Below the pieces are notes generated by a model. It was not told the origin of the DNA and did no database searches. It worked only from the letters and a program-made list of their open reading frames with translations. DNA of 64,000 bases, taken from NCBI GenBank assembly GCA_013360215.1, contig JABWCP010000007.1, positions 1 through 64,000 of the forward strand, given 5' to 3'. Source of the DNA: a bacterium. Lineage in GTDB: Bacteria > CLD3 > SB21. The position numbers were made by a program, and so were the translations under genes. Shown here piece after piece: positions 10,269-20,419 of the stretch. How positions within the stretch are numbered: position 1 is the stretch's first letter; every line of letters begins with the position of its first letter.

Positions 10269-10929
10269 GCGCGTATCGCCGCCGTGGGCATTGCTTTTGG
10301 ATGTCACTTTGTGCATATTTTTATTGTTCTTTGGCGCAACGGTATACGGTCAAACTTTAGATTCCAATGTGTCGGCTACGACCGTTTTGCCGCAGGTAAG
10401 TCGCGATTCGTTGCGGACGTTTCTTTTGGGAAAGTCGCATGGAAACGAAAAAAAATCAGTGCCGCGGATGACTTTTACGGGGGATACGTTATTCCGTTCG
10501 CCGTGGGGCGCCGTGGGGCGCAGTTTTTTGGTCAACGGCTGGGGACAGTGGTACAATGAACGGCCGATGAAAGGATTGGTTTTTCTTGGCGCCGATGCGG
10601 CGATGATCTATTTTTACCGTGTTAAAAACCGGAAAGTAGATAAAATACAAGCCCAACGAAAACGGATAGACCGTCAATTGGTAAACGATCCTTTTCTCAC
10701 GGCGGAACAGAAGTCCATTTTGCGATCAAGATTTAGCAATCTGACAAGCGATTTGGATGGTGCATTGACGGATCGCAATTTATACGGATGGTTATTTGCC
10801 ATTTCGCATTTGATGGGAATGATTGATGCGTATGTGGATGCGCACTTGTTTAATTTTGATGAAAAAATGGAACTTGCTTACGGGACGGATGGCCGGTATT
10901 TTAACGTGGCTATGCGTATAACATTTTAA
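10261..10929 (+). CDS. DUF5683-like membrane protein
   Basis: RS..GWGQWYN..KG..DAYVDAHLFNFD. Confidence 0.7.
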   Translation: MNKRVSPPWALLLDVTLCIFLLFFGATVYGQTLDSNVSATTVLPQVSRDSLRTFLLGKSHGNEKKSVPRMTFTGDTLFRSPWGAVGRSFLVNGWGQWYNERPMKGLVFLGADAAMIYFYRVKNRKVDKIQAQRKRIDRQLVNDPFLTAEQKSILRSRFSNLTSDLDGALTDRNLYGWLFAISHLMGMIDAYVDAHLFNFDEKMELAYGTDGRYFNVAMRITF

Positions 10930-10938
10930 CGGGACATT

Positions 10939-11871
10939 GTGAAGGCCCAAAAGAAAAAAATAATGCCTGCCGCTTCCGACGCCAAAAAACGCCGGGAGCC
11001 CAAGAATGCCGAACGTATTCAGAAGATTTTGATGAATTCGGATAAAATGGCTTCACTGGGTCAACTGATAGCTGGCGTAGCGCACGAACTCAACAATCCG
11101 ATCAGCTTTATTGAGAGCAATGTTATTTTTTTAGAAAAATACTGCAACGACCTTCGCACGGTAATCACTATGCTAGAATCGTCGCAAACTATGGATGCTG
11201 ATGTGCGGGCTAAAGTCGAGGCATACAAAAAAGAAATGGAATGGGATTTTGCCATGGGCGACATGGAAAATATCCTCAAAAGTTTCAATGAAGGCGCTAC
11301 CCGCATTCGGTCCATTCTTGCCAGCTTAAGCGCATTCTCCCGGGGCAATCGCATTGCACGGGAAGAAATGAATATACACGAAGCGATCGATAACACGATC
11401 AATCTTTTGCGATACAAATCCCGTCATGTCGTAGAATTTGAAACCAAATATAAAGCCAATCCTTACATCATCGCCAATCGCGGTGAGATCAATCAAGTGC
11501 TGATGAATCTCATCATTAATGCGATACACGCCGTCCAACATAAATTCGAAAACGGCGGTAAAGGCGCGATTTACATTCATACTCATTCGGGCGAAAACTT
11601 TGTTTACATAGATATCAAAGATAACGGCGAAGGCATCCCGGATATTTATAAAAACGAAATTTTTAAAGCATTCTTTACGACGAAAAAAGAAGGCGAAGGC
11701 ACCGGTTTGGGTTTGCCGATTTCCAAAGAGATCGTCGAAAAACACGGTGGCGCGATCGAATTTGAAAGCCGTGCCGGTATCGGCACTTGTTTTACAGTAA
11801 AACTTCCTTTTGGTACGGATGAAGAAATCGACGTGCCCAAAGATACGCATAACCAAGGGAAAAAATCGTGA
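10939..11871 (+). CDS. Cytoplasmic histidine kinase without a sensor domain
   Basis: KMASLGQLIAGVAHELNNP, QVLMNLIINA, DNGEGI, FFTTK..GTGLGL. Confidence 0.9.
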   Translation: MKAQKKKIMPAASDAKKRREPKNAERIQKILMNSDKMASLGQLIAGVAHELNNPISFIESNVIFLEKYCNDLRTVITMLESSQTMDADVRAKVEAYKKEMEWDFAMGDMENILKSFNEGATRIRSILASLSAFSRGNRIAREEMNIHEAIDNTINLLRYKSRHVVEFETKYKANPYIIANRGEINQVLMNLIINAIHAVQHKFENGGKGAIYIHTHSGENFVYIDIKDNGEGIPDIYKNEIFKAFFTTKKEGEGTGLGLPISKEIVEKHGGAIEFESRAGIGTCFTVKLPFGTDEEIDVPKDTHNQGKKS

Positions 11872-13088
11872 GTGTAGCGACGGTTGCATCTCCGTCTATG
11901 ACGGAACCCAACAAGATCATGCATGATATTTTGGTGGTAGATGATGAGGTGGATAATCTTGATCTGCTGAAACGTACGTTTCGCCGGGAGTACAATGTGT
12001 ACTCGGCCAACAGTGCCGCGGAGGCGTTGAAACTTTTGGATGAACGCGAATTTGCCGTGATCGTCAGCGATCAGCGTATGCCGGAAATGACGGGCGTTGA
12101 AATGTTTCAGAAAGCGCGCGAAAAATATCCGCAGACCATTCGGATTTTGCTTACCGGTTATACCGACATCAATGCGCTGGTAGATGCGATCAACATGGGT
12201 CACGTGTATCGCTATGTGACCAAACCGTGGAGTCGTGAAGAAATCGTCATGACCGTCAAGCGCGCGGTCGAGCATTACGAAACGACCAAACAAAATGCGC
12301 GGCTCTTGGATGAATTGAAAATCAAAAACGAAGAACTGGATCGTAATAACAAACAACTGAAACGCTTGGATGAACTTAAAACACGGTTCATGGTTATTTC
12401 ATCGCACGAATTGCGCACACCCGCCTCCATCATTTCCGGAAATCTGGAGTTGCTTATGTCCGGTGCAATGGGTGAAGTGCCCCCGGAACATCAGGAGATC
12501 GTTACCAATGCATATAAAGGCACGACGCGTCTGATTGATTTGATCGAAGATGTTTTGTCTGTTATGCGTTCGGATTCGCATAATCTCAAACTCAATCTTT
12601 CGGCATATTCACCGCGTGAGGTGCTGGAAGAAGTCATTTCCAGTTACAGGGCTTTTTTGCATGAACGCCGGCAAACGGTACAAAACGAGTTACCGGAATT
12701 GACCATTGAGGGTGATCGTGACAGGATGTTTCATGTATTTGCCAACGCGCTCAGCAACGCGATGAAGTATTCCCGCGACGGTGAAACCATCGGGGTATCG
12801 GGGAAACTCAACGGCGATCATATGCGCATTACATTTCGCGACGCGGGTATCGGTATTCCTCCGGAAGAACTGGAGCGTATTTTTGAAAAGTTTTACCAAC
12901 TCGGTGATGCGGATCAGCATCGGACGAGTAAACATAAATTTATGGGCGGCGGCAGCGGTCTGGGACTTACTATCGTACGCGGTATCGTGGAAGAACACCA
13001 CGGTCGTGTATGGGCGGAAAGCGAAGGCAAAGATAAAGGTGCTGCACTTCAAATCGAATTACCTTTGCAACAACCGGTAGCCGGATAA
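11868..13088 (+). CDS. Hybrid receiver-histidine kinase
   Basis: LVVDDE..SDQRMP..TGY..KPW receiver; SHELRTP, NAMKYS, DAGIGI, GSGLGL. Confidence 0.92.
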   Translation: MSVATVASPSMTEPNKIMHDILVVDDEVDNLDLLKRTFRREYNVYSANSAAEALKLLDEREFAVIVSDQRMPEMTGVEMFQKAREKYPQTIRILLTGYTDINALVDAINMGHVYRYVTKPWSREEIVMTVKRAVEHYETTKQNARLLDELKIKNEELDRNNKQLKRLDELKTRFMVISSHELRTPASIISGNLELLMSGAMGEVPPEHQEIVTNAYKGTTRLIDLIEDVLSVMRSDSHNLKLNLSAYSPREVLEEVISSYRAFLHERRQTVQNELPELTIEGDRDRMFHVFANALSNAMKYSRDGETIGVSGKLNGDHMRITFRDAGIGIPPEELERIFEKFYQLGDADQHRTSKHKFMGGGSGLGLTIVRGIVEEHHGRVWAESEGKDKGAALQIELPLQQPVAG

Positions 13089-13103
13089 ACGAAAGAGCTC
13101 AAC

Positions 13104-14078
13104 GTGCCGCAAAGTTTGTCTTATGTTCATAGTGTTCATCTTGCACTCACGCGCCGATGCGGGGCCCAATGCAATTATTGTACGTTCAAGCAATCGGATT
13201 CGCCGTTGATGACGTTTGACGAAATCGAACAGGTGATTCGCAAACAAAAACCAACCGGCATTTCAACGGTGGTGTTGGGCGCTGGTCAATCGCTAGAAAG
13301 CTTGGCGGACTTACCGGCGTTGTGGAATGATCAGGGGTACGCATCGTTTATACACTACGTGCAGGATGTGTGCCGCATCGTACTGGAACATCAACTTTTG
13401 CCTGTGGTGGATATTGGTCCGCTTACATATGCCCAACTGGAGATGTTGCGTCCGTTTGTTCCTACGATTCATTTAGCTTTGGAGAATATCAATACGGACT
13501 TTCGCGCGACGGTACAACAAAATAAAAGCGCCGATGACATTATGGAAACTTTTTCCGATGCGGGCATTCTCGGCATACCGGTTACGACCGGTTTACTTTT
13601 CGGCGCGGGCGAGAGTATTGATGACGGGTTGGCGACGCTCAATGCGTTGGACGAAATTCAGAAACGTTATCACAACCTGCAGTCCGTTACCCTGCAATAT
13701 GTCTATGATACGAAACGCGGGAATGCGACACGAACCGACATAGAATATCTGGATATGTTGGTAAAATACAGCCGAAAGGTCATGCCGGATGTTGCCGTGA
13801 TCGTGCCTATACATACTCAATTGCATTGGTTTGATGAAGGCCTTTTGCCGGATGATATCGGATTTGTGTTTGAAGGTTTTGACGGAATCAATTATGATGC
13901 GCCATTTCCTAAATTAACGGAACTGGAACGGCAGTTTGCCAAAAATCATATTACGCTTGTTCCCCGTTTGCCGGTGTTTCCGGATTTTATTGATCGCATT
14001 GATGCATCGGAAAGTTTACGCAGCGTCTTAGCCGACTGGCAATCCAAACGTATGTATGTAACCTATGCAAAGGCTTGA
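13104..14078 (+). CDS. Radical SAM protein, divergent CofG (FO synthase subunit 1)-like
   Basis: LTRRCGAQCNYCTF (CxxxCxxC), PVTTGLLFGAGE, PRLPVFP; CofG-like layout. Confidence 0.7.
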   Translation: MPQSLSYVHSVHLALTRRCGAQCNYCTFKQSDSPLMTFDEIEQVIRKQKPTGISTVVLGAGQSLESLADLPALWNDQGYASFIHYVQDVCRIVLEHQLLPVVDIGPLTYAQLEMLRPFVPTIHLALENINTDFRATVQQNKSADDIMETFSDAGILGIPVTTGLLFGAGESIDDGLATLNALDEIQKRYHNLQSVTLQYVYDTKRGNATRTDIEYLDMLVKYSRKVMPDVAVIVPIHTQLHWFDEGLLPDDIGFVFEGFDGINYDAPFPKLTELERQFAKNHITLVPRLPVFPDFIDRIDASESLRSVLADWQSKRMYVTYAKA

Positions 14079-14084
14079 TCTCAT

Positions 14085-14720
14085 ATGACATCATTTGCCA
14101 ATCTTCATGTCATACGCCATCCGCTGGTTCAGCAAAAACTGACTTACCTGCGAGATAAAAATACATCCCATCGTGAATTTCGCAAATTGCTCAGTGAAAT
14201 CACGGCATTTATGATTTTTGAAATCACACAAGATCTGAAAACCAAAGATATCCAGGTCGAAACGCCGCTTGAAACTACGACGGCGCAGGTATTGGCCGAT
14301 CACGTCGTGCTTGTGCCGGTATTGCGTGCAGGTTTGGGAATGCTGGATGGCGCGCTTGATCTTATTCCGAATGCTAAAGTCGGTCACATCGGCCTTTATC
14401 GCAATGAACAAACGCTGGAGCCAGTGGAATACTATGCCAAGTTTCCGCCGACTCTGCCGGAAGCTACGGCGATCATGCTCGATCCGATGCTGGCCACCGG
14501 AGGGAGCTCTTCGGCGGCGGTGGCTTTGCTCAAACGTAAAAGAGCACGGCATATCAAATGTTTGTCTCTTGTCGCAGCACCGGAAGGTGTAGAGCGCATG
14601 CTCAAAGATCATCCCGACGTGATGATTTATACAGCCGGGCTCGATCGTCAACTCAATGAACACGGCTATATCGTACCCGGTTTGGGCGATGCCGGTGATC
14701 GTCTTTACGGAACTAAATAG
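14085..14720 (+). CDS. upp: Uracil phosphoribosyltransferase
   Basis: [42 protein letters not shown]. Confidence 0.97.
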   Translation: MTSFANLHVIRHPLVQQKLTYLRDKNTSHREFRKLLSEITAFMIFEITQDLKTKDIQVETPLETTTAQVLADHVVLVPVLRAGLGMLDGALDLIPNAKVGHIGLYRNEQTLEPVEYYAKFPPTLPEATAIMLDPMLATGGSSSAAVALLKRKRARHIKCLSLVAAPEGVERMLKDHPDVMIYTAGLDRQLNEHGYIVPGLGDAGDRLYGTK

Positions 14721-14735
14721 GTTTAACGACGTATC

Positions 14736-15191
14736 TTGGATTTATCAGGAACATACATACCACCGGATCAGCAGCGATCACCTGATTTTCAGCTTACAAT
14801 ACCGAGTATGCTGGATAAGCTGAATGCGGTCGAAGAGATCACGGAGCGTGTGGCCGATGCGTTTCACCTTCGCGACGATGACCGTGATAATCTCGCCATA
14901 GCCGTGACCGAGCTAACGAACAATGCGATCATTCACGGCAATAAATTTGATCCTAAAAAGAATGTCATACTCAGTTTTTACAACGATGACGGCGTTCTTA
15001 AAGTGTATATTCGCGATTTTGGCAAGGGTTTTGATCCGGGTGCGGTGGATAATCCACTGGATCCTGAAAATTTATTGAAAGAAAGCGGAAGAGGAATCTT
15101 TATTTTGCGTTCTATTATGGACGACGTACAGTTTATGTTTGCCGGCGATGGTACAGTGGTCAAAATCGTAAAACGCTTTCTACCGAAATAA
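14736..15191 (+). CDS. RsbW-like anti-sigma factor / Ser kinase (HATPase_c_2)
   Basis: AVTELTNNAIIHGN, DFGKGFD, ESGRGIFI. Confidence 0.88.
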   Translation: MDLSGTYIPPDQQRSPDFQLTIPSMLDKLNAVEEITERVADAFHLRDDDRDNLAIAVTELTNNAIIHGNKFDPKKNVILSFYNDDGVLKVYIRDFGKGFDPGAVDNPLDPENLLKESGRGIFILRSIMDDVQFMFAGDGTVVKIVKRFLPK

Positions 15192-15211
15192 TGAAAACGA
15201 AAGGGGTTCGT

Positions 15212-15844
15212 ATGAAACATATATTTTTGGGACTTTGTATTTTTACGCTGAGTTTTCCTCTTTTCGCGCAGGAGGAATTTGATGAAACCGCGTATGAATC
15301 CGGTGATGCTAAACTCGGGAACGGCTGGGGTATGAATGTTCAGGTATCCACGGTCGGCTTTGTTATCGGCGGCGTGTATAACTATAAAGTCGCACAACAT
15401 ACGTGGTTGTCCACTTCACTTGATCTTTTTTGGGTCAATGGTGAAAACGAACAACAGGTGTGGGATCCTATTACTGGACAAACCATCAGTATTAATAGTG
15501 AAACTATTCTGATGTTGCCGCTTGTTTTTCAGATGAAGCGCAGACTTTTCCCGGAGACAATGTCCAACAATCTGAGGCCGTTTATTGTCGGCGGCGGCGG
15601 TGTGGTGTATGGCTGGTTTATTGACAGTGATGTCAGCAAAAGTAAATTACCCCCACCGCAGGAGAATACCCAATATACATACACCTTGATCGGAGGTATT
15701 GGCGCAGACATTGGCAAACCGGGTTCGACAGGATACGGACTTGATGTCAAATACCAATGGCTTCGGTATTCGAATTACCTCGGCGCCCGCAAAAAATTTG
15801 ATAATATCCAGGTCGGGTTTCACGTTAACTTTCGCTCCAACTAA
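15212..15844 (+). CDS. Hypothetical outer-membrane beta-barrel protein
   Basis: Signal peptide ending LFA; alternating aromatic/Gly strands; terminal strand QVGFHVNF; start moved from 15191 to second Met with RBS. Confidence 0.6.
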   Translation: MKHIFLGLCIFTLSFPLFAQEEFDETAYESGDAKLGNGWGMNVQVSTVGFVIGGVYNYKVAQHTWLSTSLDLFWVNGENEQQVWDPITGQTISINSETILMLPLVFQMKRRLFPETMSNNLRPFIVGGGGVVYGWFIDSDVSKSKLPPPQENTQYTYTLIGGIGADIGKPGSTGYGLDVKYQWLRYSNYLGARKKFDNIQVGFHVNFRSN

Positions 15845-15849
15845 ACAGT

Positions 15850-16992
15850 ATGGAAATACAGATCAAACAAAAAAAACGCGTCGTCGTCGCGATGAGCGGC
15901 GGTGTGGATAGTACGGCTTCTGCCGCCTTGCTCAAGGAGCAGGGATACGAAGTCATCGGCGTAACGATGAAGTTGTGGAATTACGATGAGGTAGGCGGCG
16001 GCGAGATCAATCGGGAAAGCGGGTGTTGCTCCATTGACACCATGCACGATGCGCGTGTGGTATGCGAACAGTTAGGCGTACCGCATTATGTGTGGGATTT
16101 GAGCGACGAATTTGGTCGCGCCGTGATTGATAACTTTGTCAATGAATACCTTGAAGGTCGTACGCCCAATCCCTGTGTGATGTGCAATAAACATATCAAA
16201 TGGGGAACGTTTCTCACCAAAGCTTTACATCTCGGCGCCGATTTTGTAGCAACCGGGCATTACGCGCGATCAGTTTACGATCCCGTCAGCGGCAAATATA
16301 CTTTGCGTAAAAGTTACAACCGCAAAAAAGATCAATCCTATGCTTTATGGGGTATTCGTCAAAAGGCGCTGGCGATGACACTTTTTCCCGTCGGTGAAAT
16401 GTCGGACAAAGAAGAGGTTCGCGAAGTCGCATCACGCCTACATTTGCGAACGGCGAAGAAAAAAGAAAGTCAGGAAATTTGTTTTATCACGGATAATAAT
16501 TACAACCGTTTTCTCAAAGAGAAAATAAGCGGCCTTTCTGAGAAACTCGCACACGGAATGATCAAAACCCATGACGGGCAAGTCGTCGGTGAACACGACG
16601 GATATGCTTTTTATACGATCGGTCAGCGTCGTGGTGTGGGTGTCGCGATGAATGAACCTGTGTATGTCACGGAGATCAGCGCCAAAGATAACACCATTTA
16701 CGTCGGTCGTAAGGATGATCTTTTGGCAACGGGGCTTACTGCGACACAAGTCAATCTTTGTCGGCATGAAGCGATCACGGAAGCCATGCCTATTACGGCC
16801 AAAATCCGATATAACGACGTCGGCCACGAAGGCGTTCTCACACTCAACGAAATCGGCGAAACCCAGGTGATTTTTAATCAACCCCAACGCGCCATTACAC
16901 CGGGCCAATCGGTCGTATTTTATGACGGTGATGAAGTGATCGGCGGCGGGATCATAGATCGTGTACTCAAAGAAACACTGCAACCGGTTTAA
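15850..16992 (+). CDS. mnmA: tRNA-specific 2-thiouridylase
   Basis: AMSGGVDS, TPNPCVMCN, ATGHYA, KDQSY, ESQEICF, TIGQRRG, TPGQ. Confidence 0.97.
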   Translation: MEIQIKQKKRVVVAMSGGVDSTASAALLKEQGYEVIGVTMKLWNYDEVGGGEINRESGCCSIDTMHDARVVCEQLGVPHYVWDLSDEFGRAVIDNFVNEYLEGRTPNPCVMCNKHIKWGTFLTKALHLGADFVATGHYARSVYDPVSGKYTLRKSYNRKKDQSYALWGIRQKALAMTLFPVGEMSDKEEVREVASRLHLRTAKKKESQEICFITDNNYNRFLKEKISGLSEKLAHGMIKTHDGQVVGEHDGYAFYTIGQRRGVGVAMNEPVYVTEISAKDNTIYVGRKDDLLATGLTATQVNLCRHEAITEAMPITAKIRYNDVGHEGVLTLNEIGETQVIFNQPQRAITPGQSVVFYDGDEVIGGGIIDRVLKETLQPV

Positions 16993-16998
16993 GATAGC

Positions 16999-17817
16999 AT
17001 GTCCACCCATCATACCATAACCAAAGTCACGACAGAACAGCTGCGCCGCATGAAACAAAGCGGCGAAAAAATCAGTGCATTGACGGCTTACGACGCGATC
17101 ATGGCTTCGCTTTTGGATGAATCGGGAATTGATATGATCTTAGTCGGCGACTCCGCCAGTACGGTATTTGCCGGCAATGATACGACATTGCCTATGACGG
17201 TGGAGCAGATGCTATACCATGTGCGTGTCGTTACCAAGTCGGTCAAACGCGCATTGGTCGTAGCCGATATGCCGTTTATGAGTTACCATGTGAGCGTCGA
17301 AGAAGCTATTCGTAATGCGGGTCGTTTTATGCAGGAAGGCCACGCGGAGGCCATCAAACTGGAAGGTGGGATCGAATTTTTACCAACGATACAACGATTG
17401 GTCGAAATCGGCATACCCGTGATGGGTCACCTCGGGCTTACGCCGCAGTCTATTCATAAATTTGGCACGTATCGTACGCGCGGCAAACAACCGGATGAAG
17501 CTAAAAAAATCATCAGTGACGCCAAAGCGCTGGAAAAAGCCGGCGTGTTTGCGCTTGTTCTCGAAAAAGTTCCAGTTACTTTAGCCAAAAAAATATCGGC
17601 ATCTATTACTATACCGACCATAGGTATCGGCGCCGGGCCGCATTGTGACGGACAGATATTGGTCACGCATGATATGCTTGGGCTGTATGAAAAATTTCAT
17701 CCGCGGTTTGTGCGCCGCTATGCCGAGCTTGGTAAAGCTATGCGCAAAGCCTTTGCTTCCTATCATCAGGATGTAAAGAGTAACCGATTTCCCACTGACA
17801 AAGAAAGCTATTCGTAG
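16999..17817 (+). CDS. panB: 3-methyl-2-oxobutanoate hydroxymethyltransferase
   Basis: LTAYD, LVGDS, DMPFMSY, KLEGG, HLGLTPQ, IGIGAG..DGQILV. Confidence 0.97.
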   Translation: MSTHHTITKVTTEQLRRMKQSGEKISALTAYDAIMASLLDESGIDMILVGDSASTVFAGNDTTLPMTVEQMLYHVRVVTKSVKRALVVADMPFMSYHVSVEEAIRNAGRFMQEGHAEAIKLEGGIEFLPTIQRLVEIGIPVMGHLGLTPQSIHKFGTYRTRGKQPDEAKKIISDAKALEKAGVFALVLEKVPVTLAKKISASITIPTIGIGAGPHCDGQILVTHDMLGLYEKFHPRFVRRYAELGKAMRKAFASYHQDVKSNRFPTDKESYS

Positions 17818-17842
17818 TAGTTTTTTTAAATCCGTTATTTTT

Positions 17843-17880
17843 TTCAAAAAAAAGAGTGAAAACGATTAATTTTCACTCTG
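17843..17880 (-). terminator. Intrinsic terminator between convergent panB and DUF5686 gene
   Basis: AGAGTGAAAA-N7-TTTTCACTCT with A-run on its left (U-tail on minus strand). Confidence 0.7.
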
Positions 17881-17905
17881 CTAATTTTTGTTATGTATTG
17901 ATTGT

Positions 17906-20281
17906 TTAAAACAAGCGCGCCATGCTCATCCCAAGATAAAAGTTCTTTTTATCCAAACGTTGTGCGGCATCTATGCGGAATAAACCGAATAAGCCGTTGA
18001 TTGAAGCGCCGACTTCCTGATGCCAACGCGTCGTATAAACCGGTGCATAGCCCAATCCTGCTAAACGATTTTTATCAATCCATGTGCGGCCGGCTGATCC
18101 GAAAACGGCGATCCCTATATTTTTACGAGCAAACCAATCCAATCCTATCAATTCAAACGGTAGTGAGCGAAAATTATGTTCCGCAAAAACAGCAGCGTAT
18201 TTTTCACCTTCGTATCCGCGTGTGCGTAATGTTTTGAACGTACCAAATGGGGTAAAATATCCGAGCGACCCGTCAACCACACCAAACCGTTGAACGGGAA
18301 GTTTGCCGGTGTAGGTACCTGCGGTAGCATATACATCCAGCGTATTGGGGATGAAACGGCGGCGGAGAAACGTTTTAATGCGTGCGTTTCCGGAAACTTT
18401 ATACGTAGTAAAACCGAAATCACTGGAGAGTATTTTTTTATCCGAATGTTCGATGGAGAGCGTAAGTCCGTTGTTTCCGACTACGCCCATGGGCACATAT
18501 TTTTCACCCCAGGTACCTGTAAAAATAAAACTGCGCAGTGTGCCGTTATCAATGGCAGGATTTTTTCGTTGATCGTATTTCCGTCCGATGATGTCCCAAT
18601 CCGTGGTTTTGGAAACGGATTTTTGGAAATCCTGCAGTAATCCTGCAGAAAAATCCAAATCCTGAAAAGCAAAATTGTAACCACCGGTGACTTTGACGCG
18701 GTGTGACTTGTAGTAATCAAAATAATCGCGATATCCGAAGAGCGGTTGCCCGCTGGTCATCAGGAGATTATAGTTTTCCGAGTTTTGGCGCATATCTACA
18801 CCGTTATAATATTCGGCTTCGAGGTGACCGCGGCGGCGATAACCAAAGCGGTGTTCACCACCGGCGCCATAGAACGCTTTTTCCAATGTTGTCGTATAGC
18901 CGCCTTTGATGTATGCCGACCAATGTTTGGAAAATTCATGTTCGTATTTCACGCCAAGCCGTCCGCCTTCGACACGATCAAAACCGACAACGGGTGAAAG
19001 ATCGCTAAGGAATTTTTGGAACGCTGTTTTTTTCTTTTTCTCCGTATCCACGCTGTCATTGTAATCATCTTCCATTTTGACGTATCGCGCCAACGCACCT
19101 TTGGGTTTGAATGCTTTGGTGAAGGAGTCCCCGCGTTTGATATTGGTGAATGCTGAATCTTCCGCTTCGGTACGGGGAATAATAATAGCGGAGGAATCAA
19201 ATTGATTGGGTTTTGCCAACGCGACGGAATCTACAAAAAAAGATTTACGCGATTTGTAGAGTGAATCCGGTAATTCGATGTTGATCTGATAATTATTAAC
19301 GCCCATCAGGCTGCTGTATATGATTTTTGGAAATTCCAAACCGGGCATTGCGACTTTAATATTGCCGTGCATACGAATATCCACCGGTAACCAGTAGGCT
19401 TGACCGAAATTGGAGAATTGCTGTTTATAGTTTACATTCCATTGCTGAATGGGGATAGGAAAAATCACATGCTCCGTCGGTTTGAGATCTACGGCTACCA
19501 TCGCAGAGTCTTCCTCGATAACGGAAATACTGCCGACGAAGGTAGGTTGTAATTTAGTTTTGGAACGTACGGCAATGTCGTAAACAAGATAATCGTCCAG
19601 ATAGCGACGTCCGGTGATTTTGAAATCATAGTAGTCCAATGCATCGGGGTGCGTAGGTCCGACAAAACGCGATCCTTGGATTTCGATATCATCGTCATAA
19701 AAATTAACCATGCCTTCTTCGCCCACGAAAATATTATCCTGCGGTCGGACGTTTTTGGTCATACGTTTGGATTTGATGACAACTTTGAGTCCTTTGTCTC
19801 TGTCCCAGTAGGTATCGGCTAAAGATTCGGAAATCATCACGATACCTGAATCGTTTTCCATGACCATCCTATTATACCCGTCGGCTTTAAAATTATTGAT
19901 CAGTTTATGCCAGCGTTTTTTCTTGGCGATGACATTGCGCATGATACGAATGCCGGGATCTTCCCCGATGACGACCATTTCCTCCATCTGAACCGAGGAG
20001 GGTGTCAGGCTGATGTTTTGTTCGGTAGGGCTGTTTTCCGTAATGACTAATTTTTGAGACTCATAACCGATATAACGTACGACGATCGTAGCAGGTAGGG
20101 ATTCGATCCGCAATGCGTATCGTCCTTCGACACTGGCGACAACCCCGCGCAGCGTGCCCTCGATTTGTATATTGGCCGATGGTAAAGGTTCACCGTTACT
20201 TTTGTCGGTGATCGTTCCGGTGATATTTTTTTGTGCATAGGAAAAGGAACCCAACAGCAGAAGGAAAATCAATCTATACAT
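17906..20281 (-). CDS. CarboxypepD_reg-like + DUF5686 outer-membrane protein
   Basis: ITGTITDKSNGEPLPSANI..YIGY N-domain; beta-strand-rich C-region ending in Phe. Confidence 0.8.
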   Translation of the reverse strand: MYRLIFLLLLGSFSYAQKNITGTITDKSNGEPLPSANIQIEGTLRGVVASVEGRYALRIESLPATIVVRYIGYESQKLVITENSPTEQNISLTPSSVQMEEMVVIGEDPGIRIMRNVIAKKKRWHKLINNFKADGYNRMVMENDSGIVMISESLADTYWDRDKGLKVVIKSKRMTKNVRPQDNIFVGEEGMVNFYDDDIEIQGSRFVGPTHPDALDYYDFKITGRRYLDDYLVYDIAVRSKTKLQPTFVGSISVIEEDSAMVAVDLKPTEHVIFPIPIQQWNVNYKQQFSNFGQAYWLPVDIRMHGNIKVAMPGLEFPKIIYSSLMGVNNYQINIELPDSLYKSRKSFFVDSVALAKPNQFDSSAIIIPRTEAEDSAFTNIKRGDSFTKAFKPKGALARYVKMEDDYNDSVDTEKKKKTAFQKFLSDLSPVVGFDRVEGGRLGVKYEHEFSKHWSAYIKGGYTTTLEKAFYGAGGEHRFGYRRRGHLEAEYYNGVDMRQNSENYNLLMTSGQPLFGYRDYFDYYKSHRVKVTGGYNFAFQDLDFSAGLLQDFQKSVSKTTDWDIIGRKYDQRKNPAIDNGTLRSFIFTGTWGEKYVPMGVVGNNGLTLSIEHSDKKILSSDFGFTTYKVSGNARIKTFLRRRFIPNTLDVYATAGTYTGKLPVQRFGVVDGSLGYFTPFGTFKTLRTRGYEGEKYAAVFAEHNFRSLPFELIGLDWFARKNIGIAVFGSAGRTWIDKNRLAGLGYAPVYTTRWHQEVGASINGLFGLFRIDAAQRLDKKNFYLGMSMARLF

Positions 20282-20325
20282 GTAATAAACCCCTCATAAT
20301 AAGTAATACAAACGCCGACCCCATG

Positions 20326-20352
20326 TACGTGCAAGTCGGCGTGAAGTTTCCA
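20326..20352 (-). promoter_or_regulatory. Putative ECF-type promoter GGAAAC-N16-CGTA for the DUF5686 gene, overlapping a hairpin
   Basis: Minus strand TGGAAAC-ttcacgccgacttgca-CGTAC; ACGCCGAC..GTCGGCGT inverted repeat at 20312-20342. Confidence 0.5.
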
Positions 20353-20419
20353 ATACGAAGTTTTATAAATCAAAAGAAATCACAAATAAGCACTTCTTTT
20401 TATTTTGAGTGATGGATAC

